Positions 9,284-17,391 of a DNA stretch of 44,400 bases are shown one piece after another. The first letter of the stretch is position 1. Each line of letters starts with the position of its first letter. The notes under the pieces are model-generated. The model saw only the letters and a list, made by a program, of their open reading frames with translations, was not told the origin of the DNA and did no database searches. The DNA lies in assembly GCA_964534415.1 (NCBI GenBank), contig CAZHOL010000001.1, positions 1 through 44,400 on the forward strand. Reading direction: 5' to 3'. This DNA comes from an uncultured Candidatus Saccharibacteria bacterium. Its GTDB lineage: Bacteria; Patescibacteriota; Minisyncoccia; Phycocordibacterales; JAACPR01. Position numbers and translations under genes: made by a program.

Positions 9284-10321
9284 ATGCCGTTTCTCTCGAA
9301 CGACATCGGAATCGATTTGGGAACTGCAAACACACTCGTCTATGTTCCAGGCAAGGGAGTTGTAATCAATGAGCCATCGGTTGTTGCAATTAATCAGAAA
9401 ACCGGCCGAGTAGTTGCGGTCGGGCACGATGCTCGCAAAATGTTGGGGAGAACTCCACAACATCTCACTGCTGTTCGTCCACTCGTCGACGGTGTCATTT
9501 CAGATTTCGAAGTCACCGAGGAAATGATTGCGTATTTCGTACGAAAATCTCAGGAGAATAACAAAAAATTGCTCGGCCCACGAGTAGTGATTGGTGTTCC
9601 TTCGGGAATTACGAACGTGGAAACTCGCGCCGTCCGCGATGCAACATTGAATTCCGGTGCCCGTGAGGTACACATTGTCGAGGAACCAATGGCAGCAGCG
9701 ATTGGAATTCGTCTACCCGTTAATGAACCTGTCGGAAGCATGGTTATCGATATCGGCGGAGGAACAACTGATATAGCCGTCATTTCTCTCGGCGGAATTG
9801 TTCGTTCGAAAAATCTAAAAATTGCCGGAGACAAAATGAACAACGACATCATCTCGTACATTCGTAGTGAATTTAAAATTCTCATCGGCGAGAGAACAGC
9901 AGAAGAAGTTAAAAAGGAGGTCTGCAAAATTTTTCCAGACAAAGAACCTCTCGAGGCGGTTATTCGCGGACGTGACTTGATCACTGGTCTACCACGAGAG
10001 GTCGTCATCACTGACTCGGACCTGCGCGAAGCGCTTCAATCATCTTTTGATATTTTGATTGACTCAACAAAGGAGGTTCTCGAGACAACACCTCCAGAAA
10101 TTGTGGCCGACATTATGCAACGCGGAATCTACATGACTGGTGGCGGTGCGCTGATAAAGGGAATCGATACTATGCTTTCTGAAGCTCTCTCAATGCCAGT
10201 CTATGTTGCTCCAGAACCACTGACTGCGGTGGCGAGAGGTACGGGTATAATTCTCGAAAATCTCGAGGTTTACAAGGATATTTTAATTGCCAAAGAAGAT
10301 GACTTACCTCCAAAGAAGTAG
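9284..10321 (+). CDS. mreB: Rod-shape actin homologue MreB (paralogue 2)
   Basis: DIGIDLGTANTLVYVPGKGVVINEPSVVAI, DIGGGTTDIAVISLGG, MTGGGALI. Start chosen at ATG 9284 (GGAGAA 9270-9275) instead of 9239. Confidence 0.92.
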   Translation: MPFLSNDIGIDLGTANTLVYVPGKGVVINEPSVVAINQKTGRVVAVGHDARKMLGRTPQHLTAVRPLVDGVISDFEVTEEMIAYFVRKSQENNKKLLGPRVVIGVPSGITNVETRAVRDATLNSGAREVHIVEEPMAAAIGIRLPVNEPVGSMVIDIGGGTTDIAVISLGGIVRSKNLKIAGDKMNNDIISYIRSEFKILIGERTAEEVKKEVCKIFPDKEPLEAVIRGRDLITGLPREVVITDSDLREALQSSFDILIDSTKEVLETTPPEIVADIMQRGIYMTGGGALIKGIDTMLSEALSMPVYVAPEPLTAVARGTGIILENLEVYKDILIAKEDDLPPKK

Positions 10322-11084
10322 CGAAAAAAACAGCAGACGTAGACGCAATGTGAAATTCGCATCAATATTTTTTGCAATCATTTTATTTGGATTTCTGTTT
10401 AGAAACTTTAGCGGCGGAGTTGTTCACACGGTTTTATACCCGATTAATAAAACAGCGAGTTTTGTATTTTCACCGATTCGAAATTTTGGAACATATTTGC
10501 ATTCAAAAACAAAATTAGTTGAAGAAAATAAAAAATTAATTAATGATAAAAAGTTTCTGCAAATTGAACTGCTTTCAATCGAAAATCTGCGATCAGAAAA
10601 TGAACAGTTGAGAAATGCCCTCGGTTTGAAAAATAATACTGAAGAAATTTCCGCTGAAATAATTTTGACACCTCCTTTTTCTCCATTCGATACTTTCGTT
10701 ATTAGAGTTGTTGATCCTGTAAAAATCAAAATAGGTGACAGAGTGTTTGCAAATGGAATTTTGGTTGGTGAAGTATTGGAATTGCATTCACAAAATGCAA
10801 TAGTGAAGTTACTTTCTTCATCAGGAACAAAGGTTCCAGTGAAAATCAACGACGAAATAATTGCGGAGGCGATTGGGCAGGGTGGACTATCATTTTTGAT
10901 TCAGTTACCGAAAGATATTTTAGTTGATAATGGCTACCTCATTTATGCTCTTGGCTCGGAAAAGACTGTAATTGGCACAATAGAGTACATTGATAAACCT
11001 GAAAACAGCTCATTTCAGACAATTTACTTCAAATTCCCATTTAATTTTTCTGACTTGAATTTTGTGCAAATTAAGGGTGTCTAA
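10299..11084 (+). CDS. mreC: Rod-shape protein MreC
   Basis: N-terminal TM segment, coiled coil LVEENKKLINDKKFLQIELLSIENLRSENEQLRNALGLK, then a beta-rich domain. Its position after mreB fits. ATG 10299 preferred to TTG 10287. Confidence 0.8.
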   Translation: MTYLQRSSEKNSRRRRNVKFASIFFAIILFGFLFRNFSGGVVHTVLYPINKTASFVFSPIRNFGTYLHSKTKLVEENKKLINDKKFLQIELLSIENLRSENEQLRNALGLKNNTEEISAEIILTPPFSPFDTFVIRVVDPVKIKIGDRVFANGILVGEVLELHSQNAIVKLLSSSGTKVPVKINDEIIAEAIGQGGLSFLIQLPKDILVDNGYLIYALGSEKTVIGTIEYIDKPENSSFQTIYFKFPFNFSDLNFVQIKGV

Positions 11085-11112
11085 TTTCTACTAATAGTGT
11101 TAAAATATTGGC

Positions 11113-11364
11113 ATGAAACGGGTTTTGTTCGGAATTTTTTTGATAATATCTGCCTTTATTTTCCCTTGGTGGGTTAGTGTTGCTCTCGTATTTTTCGGCG
11201 CCCTCTATTTCAATAATTTATATGAAGCCATCATTGTCGGAATGGTTATCGATCTGACTTATGGAGTGAATATAGAAATATATGGTTTCAATTTGATTTT
11301 CACATTTGCACTGACATTGATGCTGTATGTGTTGTCCATAGTTCGTAAAAGAATTTTAATTTAA
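11113..11364 (+). CDS. mreD: Small polytopic membrane protein in the MreD position
   Basis: 83 aa, three hydrophobic segments, lying between mreC and mrdA. Assigned by synteny only, and shorter than typical MreD. Confidence 0.5.
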   Translation: MKRVLFGIFLIISAFIFPWWVSVALVFFGALYFNNLYEAIIVGMVIDLTYGVNIEIYGFNLIFTFALTLMLYVLSIVRKRILI

Positions 11365-13055
11365 TGCTCTTCCGAAAAAACTTTAACAAAAGAATTTACC
11401 ACCACATTGATCCAGATGAAATTTTTATTGATTCAACAAACTTGCCGGGATTCGACACAGATCAGTTCGAAGGTAGAATCGAAAAACCAATTTCAACTAA
11501 AACTTTTTTCTTTGTTGGATTATTTTTCGTGCTAATCGTTTTTATCTTTCTTGGTAAAAGTTGGTACATACAAATTAGTGAAGGAGATAAATATGCAGAA
11601 CGTAGTGCAAACAACATGCTGAGACACACTCTGATTTTTTCAGAACGAGGTTTAATTTACGATGTAAACAGCGTCCCGTTGGCATGGAACGAGTCTGGCG
11701 AACCTAATTCATATAATTTGCGAAAATATATCGAAAAGCCGGGGTTTTCAAACTTGCTCGGCTATGTTTCGTATCCAAAAAAAGATTCTGCAGGATTCTA
11801 TTACGACAAAACAATTTCTGGAGTTGATGGTGTAGAAAAATTTTTCGAATCGACACTTCAAAAAGAAAATGGCTTGAGAATAATTGAAACGAATGCATTG
11901 AATGAAGTCGTTTCAGAAAACACAATCAGACCTCCTCTCAAGGGAGACAATGTTCACCTGACTATTGATTCAGAAGTTCAGGGTGCACTGTATAATTCTG
12001 TGAAGACAATTGTAGATCAGGCAGGATTCGTAGGTGGCGGTGCGGTCATTATGGATGTTCACAATGGAGATTTGCTCGCACTCGTTAATTACCCAGAATT
12101 TGATTCGAATACAATGACTTCTGGTTTAGACACAAAAAAAATTAATTATATGTTGCGCGATTCACGAAAACCTTTCTTGAATCGAATTACGCAAGGACTA
12201 TATACTCCAGGTTCTATTATGAAGCCGTTCGTGGCGTTCGGAGCTTTACAAGAGAGGATAATAAATCCTACCGACAACATTATTTCTACTGGCTCGATTT
12301 CAATTCCTAATCCATACAATCCAGATAATCCGTCAATTTTTAACGATTGGAAAGCTCACGGCCCTGTTGATGTTCGCAAGGCAATTGCATATTCATCAAA
12401 CGTATATTTCTATGAAGTTGGTGGTGGTTACAAAGACCTAGTTGGACTAGGTATTGAACGTATAGAAAAATATTTTCGTAAATTTGGTTTTGGAAAACCG
12501 GTAAAGAGCGAACTGTTTTCTGAATTGGCAGGTACAATTCCAAGTCCTGATTGGAAGAAGAAAGTTTTCAATGATGATTGGAGATTGGGTGACACTTACT
12601 TTACATCAATTGGGCAATACGGAACACAGGTCACTCCATTGCAGGTTGTGCGAGCATATTCGGCTATTGCAAATAGAGGAACATTGATTGATCCAAAAAT
12701 TATTGCGGAGCCATCGCAACCAGTAGTTACTGAAAAAATCGACGGAATAGATTCGTGGGTGTGGGACACTATTCATTTGGCTATGAGAGATACTGTGTTG
12801 TTTGGAACTTCAAAAGGATTGAATTACCCAGATTTTGAAATCGCTGGAAAAACCGGTACAGCCGAATTGGGTGTTTCAAAGGAGAATGTGAACTCGTGGG
12901 CGATTGGTTTCTTCCCATACAAAAATCCGCGCTTTGCTTATGTGTTCATGCTCGAGAGTGGAAAGTGTACTAACACTGTTGGAGGTGTCGCTGCAGCCAA
13001 AAATTTCTTCGATTGGATGAAGATTTATCATTCAGAATATCTATCAGCTAACTAA
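11364..13055 (+). CDS. mrdA: Penicillin-binding protein 2 (elongasome transpeptidase)
   Basis: SxxK (PGSIMKPF), SxN (YSSNVYF), KTG (GKTGTAE). TAATG coupling to mreD. Confidence 0.88.
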   Translation: MLFRKNFNKRIYHHIDPDEIFIDSTNLPGFDTDQFEGRIEKPISTKTFFFVGLFFVLIVFIFLGKSWYIQISEGDKYAERSANNMLRHTLIFSERGLIYDVNSVPLAWNESGEPNSYNLRKYIEKPGFSNLLGYVSYPKKDSAGFYYDKTISGVDGVEKFFESTLQKENGLRIIETNALNEVVSENTIRPPLKGDNVHLTIDSEVQGALYNSVKTIVDQAGFVGGGAVIMDVHNGDLLALVNYPEFDSNTMTSGLDTKKINYMLRDSRKPFLNRITQGLYTPGSIMKPFVAFGALQERIINPTDNIISTGSISIPNPYNPDNPSIFNDWKAHGPVDVRKAIAYSSNVYFYEVGGGYKDLVGLGIERIEKYFRKFGFGKPVKSELFSELAGTIPSPDWKKKVFNDDWRLGDTYFTSIGQYGTQVTPLQVVRAYSAIANRGTLIDPKIIAEPSQPVVTEKIDGIDSWVWDTIHLAMRDTVLFGTSKGLNYPDFEIAGKTGTAELGVSKENVNSWAIGFFPYKNPRFAYVFMLESGKCTNTVGGVAAAKNFFDWMKIYHSEYLSAN

Positions 13056-13069
13056 CGTGTTATCAACAA

Positions 13070-13097
13070 TTGACTTACCCATATGTGCGTGTATAAT
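13070..13097 (+). promoter_or_regulatory. Putative greA promoter TTGACT-16-TATAAT
   Basis: TTGACT 13070-13075 and TATAAT 13092-13097. Confidence 0.55.
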
Positions 13098-13119
13098 GGC
13101 TCTTACTTAATAAAAATAC

Positions 13120-13584
13120 ATGGCACAAAAACACTATCTTTCAAAGGATAAAATCAAGGAATTAGAGGCCGAATTGGACAATTTGAAAACTGTTCAGAGA
13201 TTAGAAATTGCAGAGAAATTGGCGTATGCTCGATCGCTTGGTGACCTATCTGAAAATGCTGAATATCACGAGGCGCGAACTCAGCAGGGAGAAATTGAGG
13301 CACGAATTACAACTATCGAAGAAACTTTAAAAAATGCTGTTGTACTATCACATCACAAGGGTGACAATATTGCTGTTGGATCGACAGTCACTATCAAGAA
13401 AAAATCTGATGGTTCAAAAATAACTTACCAAATTGTTGGTGTAGAGGAGGCAGACATTCTCGCAGGAAAACTTTCATATGAATCTCCGTTGGGTCACGCC
13501 ATGATGGGCAAGAAAAAGAAAGATGACTTTTCTTTTGAAACTCCAAACGGCGTGGTTGAATATACAATTGTTGATATAGAATAA
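13120..13584 (+). CDS. greA: Transcription elongation factor GreA
   Basis: LAYARSLGDLSENAEYHEAR coiled-coil finger and a C-terminal GreA/B domain (ISYESPLGHAMMGKK). Confidence 0.92.
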   Translation: MAQKHYLSKDKIKELEAELDNLKTVQRLEIAEKLAYARSLGDLSENAEYHEARTQQGEIEARITTIEETLKNAVVLSHHKGDNIAVGSTVTIKKKSDGSKITYQIVGVEEADILAGKLSYESPLGHAMMGKKKKDDFSFETPNGVVEYTIVDIE

Positions 13585-13604
13585 TAGTAGTATAATTTCT
13601 CAAT

Positions 13605-15065
13605 ATGACTTCATTACAGGACCTACAACAGGTTCGCTTGGAAAAGCTTAAAAAATTACAAGACGCGGGAAGAAATCCATTCACGGCAAGAACAAAAAGA
13701 GATACTTCTGTCGCTGATGTGCTGAAAAATTTCGATTCAATTTCAGCAGAACAAAAATCAATCACTCTCGCAGGACGAGTGATGGTTATTCGTGGACAAG
13801 GAGCAATTTTGTTTATCGAAATTTTCGACGGTACAGGAAAAATTCAGCTAGTTTTGAAAAAGGACGAAATGCCTGAGGAGATTTTTAATTTGTTCGTCGA
13901 GACGATTGATATGGGAGACTTCATCGAGGCGACTGGTACTTTGTTTGTGACGCAGCGTGGTGCACAGAGTCTATTGATCAAAGAGTGGAATATTTTGACC
14001 AAGGCTATTTCACCGTTACCTGACAAATGGAGCGGTTTGACTGATGACGATGAGAGATATCGAAAACGATATTTGGATATTTTGATGAATCCTGAATTGC
14101 AGAAAATTTTTGAAATGAAATCTAAATTTTTCAATTCTGCACGGCAATTTATGTTGAACGAGGGTTTTCTTGAAATTGAAACTCCGACTCTAGAATCTAC
14201 AACCGGTGGGGCAGAGGCAAGACCTTTTGTCACACATCACAATGATTTTGATATTGATGTTTTCTTGCGAATTTCTGTGGGTGAGTTGTGGCAGAAGAGG
14301 GCTTTGGCAGCGGGCTTTCCTCGTGTTTTTGAAATTGGTCGGGTCTATCGAAACGAGGGTACTAGTCCGGAACATTTGCAGGAATTCACAAATATGGAAT
14401 TCTACGCTGCATACATGGACTATATCGAAGGTCGCGCTTTCATCGAGAGAATGATGAAGCATGTTGTTAGTGAAACTTTTGGTACTCTAAAATTTAATGT
14501 GAAGGGATTTGATATCGATTTGTCAGGTGAATGGCCGGTGATTGAATATGTTCCGTATGTTCTCGAAAAGACCGGAATTAATGTTTTGACTGCTACAGAA
14601 AAAGAAATGGAAGCCAAATTGCAAGAGTTGGGTGTTAAATATGAAGGGAACAATCGTGAGAGATTAACTGACACACTCTGGAAATATTGTCGCAAAACTA
14701 TTGCTGGTCCGGTTTGGTTAACAAAGCATCCAAAATTGGTTTCTCCACTCGCCAAGGCTTGTGAAGATAATCCAGAACTAACAGAGAGACTTCAATTAAT
14801 TTTGGCAGGAAGCGAGCTTTGTAATTCTTTCTCTGAATTGAATGATCCAATTGATCAGCGGGCTCGATTCGAAGGTCAGCAGAAATTAATCGACAGGGGA
14901 GACGATGAGGCAATGATGCCTGATTGGGAATTCGTGGAAATGTTGGAGCATGGAATGCCACCTGCTTTCGGTGCATCTACAGTTGGTGACAGATTTTTTG
15001 CGATGTTGTGCGGAAAACCGATTCGTGAGATTACCTTGTTTCCGTTGATGAGGCCAAAGAAGTAG
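13605..15065 (+). CDS. lysS: Lysyl-tRNA synthetase, class II
   Basis: N-terminal OB fold (ITLAGRVMVIRGQGAILFIEI), RYRKRYLDIL, VYRNEGTSPEHLQEFT, and a GMPP...G motif 3 region. Confidence 0.93.
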   Translation: MTSLQDLQQVRLEKLKKLQDAGRNPFTARTKRDTSVADVLKNFDSISAEQKSITLAGRVMVIRGQGAILFIEIFDGTGKIQLVLKKDEMPEEIFNLFVETIDMGDFIEATGTLFVTQRGAQSLLIKEWNILTKAISPLPDKWSGLTDDDERYRKRYLDILMNPELQKIFEMKSKFFNSARQFMLNEGFLEIETPTLESTTGGAEARPFVTHHNDFDIDVFLRISVGELWQKRALAAGFPRVFEIGRVYRNEGTSPEHLQEFTNMEFYAAYMDYIEGRAFIERMMKHVVSETFGTLKFNVKGFDIDLSGEWPVIEYVPYVLEKTGINVLTATEKEMEAKLQELGVKYEGNNRERLTDTLWKYCRKTIAGPVWLTKHPKLVSPLAKACEDNPELTERLQLILAGSELCNSFSELNDPIDQRARFEGQQKLIDRGDDEAMMPDWEFVEMLEHGMPPAFGASTVGDRFFAMLCGKPIREITLFPLMRPKK

Positions 15066-15078
15066 TACTTAGTCATAT

Positions 15079-15107
15079 TTGCATAATTTAATAAATTGTG
15101 GTATTGT
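15079..15107 (+). promoter_or_regulatory. Putative promoter TTGCAT-17-(TGg)TATTGT
   Basis: TTGCAT 15079-15084, TG 15099-15100, TATTGT 15102-15107. Confidence 0.45.
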
Positions 15108-15148
15108 GTTGTAAGCCAGTTCTAACCCCTAACCTATAGGAGGGCAAC

Positions 15149-15277
15149 ATGCCCTATCATAAATACGAGAAAACAAACCGCAGCACCCCGTTGCGGAAGA
15201 AATTCGAAGCACGACTTGGACTTGCCTGCGTTATCCTTGCAGGTGTCATTTGGGTCGTGAGGTTATGCTTTCGATGA
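15149..15277 (+). CDS. 42-aa tail-anchored small membrane peptide (below the ORF-track cutoff)
   Basis: AGGAGG 15138-15143 lies 5 nt before the ATG. My translation is MPYHKYEKTNRSTPLRKKFEARLGLACVILAGVIWVVRLCFR, with stop TGA at 15275-15277, followed at once by a 10-bp GC hairpin. Confidence 0.6.
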   Translation: MPYHKYEKTNRSTPLRKKFEARLGLACVILAGVIWVVRLCFR

Positions 15278-15280
15278 TTG

Positions 15281-15309
15281 GGCCGGCGCGAAATCGCGCC
15301 GGCCATTTT
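15281..15309 (+). terminator. Intrinsic terminator
   Basis: GGCCGGCGCG (15281-15290) AAAT CGCGCCGGCC (15295-15304) followed by ATTTT. Confidence 0.8.
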
Positions 15310-15311
15310 GC

Positions 15312-15339
15312 TTGCATAATTCTGCAGGTGAGGTATAAT
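15312..15339 (+). promoter_or_regulatory. Putative promoter TTGCAT-16-TATAAT driving the ncRNA candidate
   Basis: TTGCAT 15312-15317 and TATAAT 15334-15339. Confidence 0.6.
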
Positions 15340-15344
15340 AATAG

Positions 15345-15634
15345 TGTTCTTAGATTCATTTGAATCTTCGAACAGTAAGCTGACCGACAATGTCAGGGCG
15401 CTTAATGGGAATAGACGTATAGTCGGCTCTCAGTCGTGGTATTGATCAAGCGCCTTTGGCCACCCGACTTTAACAGTTCATTTTGTTCTTTCGAGCTTCG
15501 GCTCACATCTTCCATGTGGAAGACGCCATTCGTGGCAAAACTTCTTCCTTCGGGGAGATTTCATTCAGCGGGCACCTTCGGGCGCCTGTTTTCATTTTTA
15601 TCACAAAAACCCGCCTAAAAATGGCGGTTTTTTT
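15345..15634 (+). ncRNA. Candidate structured RNA of unknown family (about 250-290 nt)
   Basis: No credible ORF. It has many hand-foldable helices, four UUCG-capped hairpins in 15493-15588 and two terminator-like hairpins with U-runs (15571-15599, 15611-15634). It is flanked by its own promoter and the mraZ promoter. Confidence 0.55.
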
Positions 15635-15661
15635 GATGTGCAAAAATGTGCATAACTTTGT

Positions 15662-15724
15662 TTGAAAGTGTGCAATTGTGGTGTAAAATGGTAGACAAGT
15701 GGGAAGGGGTGGGAATCTGGGAAA
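15662..15724 (+). promoter_or_regulatory. Putative dcw promoter TTGAAA-16-TAAAAT followed by three TGGGAA direct repeats (MraZ-box-like operator)
   Basis: TTGAAA 15662-15667 and TAAAAT 15684-15689. TGGGAA starts at 15700, 15710 and 15718 (GTGGGAAGGG GTGGGAATC TGGGAAA). This resembles the TGGGN repeats with roughly 10-bp periodicity bound by E. coli MraZ. Confidence 0.55.
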
Positions 15725-15739
15725 TTCCAAATAAATACA

Positions 15740-16174
15740 ATGTTAATCGGAGAATTTAAACACACAGTTGATGACAAAAAAAGAATTTCTTTGCCGATTA
15801 AATTTCGAAAAGAAATTGGTAAAAATATTATTGTCACAAAGGGTCTTGATAACTGTTTGTTTCTTTATCCGCTCAAGGAGTGGAAAAATATTTCCGAGAA
15901 ACTTGGTTCGTTAGGAATGGGACAATCCGACACTCGTGGCTTCAACAGATTCATGTTGGCCGGAGCTTCAGAAATCAGTGTTGACTCAGTCGGAAGAATC
16001 CTGATACCAGATCACCTTAAATCTTTTGCAGGAATAGAAAATAAAGTTGTCTTTGCCGGAGTTCACAACAGAGTAGAAATTTGGGACGACGCTCGATGGG
16101 AAACATACAAGACAAGTGTTCTCAAAGATGCAGACAAGATGGCAGAAAAATTGGGAGAGATTGGTGCAATTTAA
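15740..16174 (+). CDS. mraZ: Transcriptional regulator MraZ
   Basis: Duplicated DxxxR motifs (DDKKRISLP, DSVGRILIP); first gene of the dcw cluster. Confidence 0.93.
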   Translation: MLIGEFKHTVDDKKRISLPIKFRKEIGKNIIVTKGLDNCLFLYPLKEWKNISEKLGSLGMGQSDTRGFNRFMLAGASEISVDSVGRILIPDHLKSFAGIENKVVFAGVHNRVEIWDDARWETYKTSVLKDADKMAEKLGEIGAI

Positions 16175-16183
16175 TTCAAAATC

Positions 16184-17077
16184 ATGGAACACAAATCAGT
16201 TCTTTTAAACGAAACAGTGAATGGATTGAATATCAAAAGCAATGATATTTTTGTGGACATGACATTAGGTGGTGCGGGGCATAGCGAGGCGGTTGCAAAA
16301 TCTGGCGCGGAGAATCTTACGATTGTGGGCATCGATGCAGATTTTGAAGCACTCGATCGAGCCAAGGAGAAACTTCAAAAATATTCACACAAATTAATTT
16401 TGGTCACTGAATATTTTGATCACCTAAAAGAAATTCTCGAGAAAAATAATTTGAATTATGTCGACAAGGTTTTGTTTGATCTCGGATACAGTAGTTTCGA
16501 AATCGACAATGCAGAGCGTGGATTTTCTTTCCTCCACGACGGACCATTGAAGATGACTTACACAAATAATCCGGACTCAAAACAATTAACCGCGTACGAC
16601 GTTGTAAATGATTTTCAAGAGGAGAATCTGGCAGACATCATTTACGGATTCGGGGAAGAAACTTTTTCTCGCAGAATTGCTCGAGGAATTGTCGAAGCCC
16701 GAGAAAAGAAACCAATCGAAACCACAGCAGAGCTCGCCAAAATTATCACCGAATCAGTTCCATTTTTCTATCGCAAAGGCAAAACACATCCTGCAACAAA
16801 AACTTTCCAAGCTATTAGAATCGCAGTTAACAACGAGTTAGACAAACTGAAAATCGCCCTCAATGATGCATTTGAAAAACTAGCTCCACACGGACGAATT
16901 GCCGTCATTTCATTTCACAGCCTCGAAGACAGAATTGTAAAAAACTTCTTCAGAGACAAAATCAAAGAGGGAATCGCGAACTTTGTTAACAAGAAACCAA
17001 TAGTCCCAACTAGAGAAGAAATTATTAACAACCCCCGATCAAGAAGCGCAAAACTAAGAATAATAGAAAAAATATGA
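16184..17077 (+). CDS. rsmH: 16S rRNA m4C1402 methyltransferase RsmH (MraW)
   Basis: DMTLGGAGHS, DLGYSSFE, SFHSLEDRIVK, NPRSRSAKLR. Confidence 0.93.
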   Translation: MEHKSVLLNETVNGLNIKSNDIFVDMTLGGAGHSEAVAKSGAENLTIVGIDADFEALDRAKEKLQKYSHKLILVTEYFDHLKEILEKNNLNYVDKVLFDLGYSSFEIDNAERGFSFLHDGPLKMTYTNNPDSKQLTAYDVVNDFQEENLADIIYGFGEETFSRRIARGIVEAREKKPIETTAELAKIITESVPFFYRKGKTHPATKTFQAIRIAVNNELDKLKIALNDAFEKLAPHGRIAVISFHSLEDRIVKNFFRDKIKEGIANFVNKKPIVPTREEIINNPRSRSAKLRIIEKI

Positions 17078-17391
17078 CAAAAATGATTAGCAAAGCAGAA
17101 CAAACACAGGTCAGATGCACAAAAATCCTTTTGGGTGCAACTGTCGTTTTGATGCTTGCGTATTTGTATACAGTAAATAGCACAGCATTCAGTGCAGCGG
17201 CTCAGGAATCTCTTTCTGATGAAATTGCAGAAACACAATCATCAATCGGAGAACTTGAATTAGATTTCATTGAAAAGAGCAACACAATTCATCCTGACTT
17301 GGCAAATGATTTTGGGTTAATTAAAATGGACAAAACAGAAGCAACATTCATAGCGAGAGGAACTTCAGACAAATTGTCATTTAATGAATAG
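17074..17391 (+). CDS. ftsL: FtsL-like small bitopic division protein
   Basis: 105 aa, one TM segment (ILLGATVVLMLAYLY) followed by a short coiled region. ATGA coupling to rsmH. Assigned by synteny. Confidence 0.55.
   Translation: MTKMISKAEQTQVRCTKILLGATVVLMLAYLYTVNSTAFSAAAQESLSDEIAETQSSIGELELDFIEKSNTIHPDLANDFGLIKMDKTEATFIARGTSDKLSFNE

Noticed and set aside
15157-15837. Track ORFs inside the lysS-mraZ intergenic region (15157..15390 -, 15436..15618 +, 15483..15665 +, 15503..15730 -, 15601..15837 -).
   Set aside because: They run across promoters, hairpins and terminators, have no SD or leaderless geometry, and give implausible sequences. The region is better explained by the 42-aa peptide gene plus a structured RNA.
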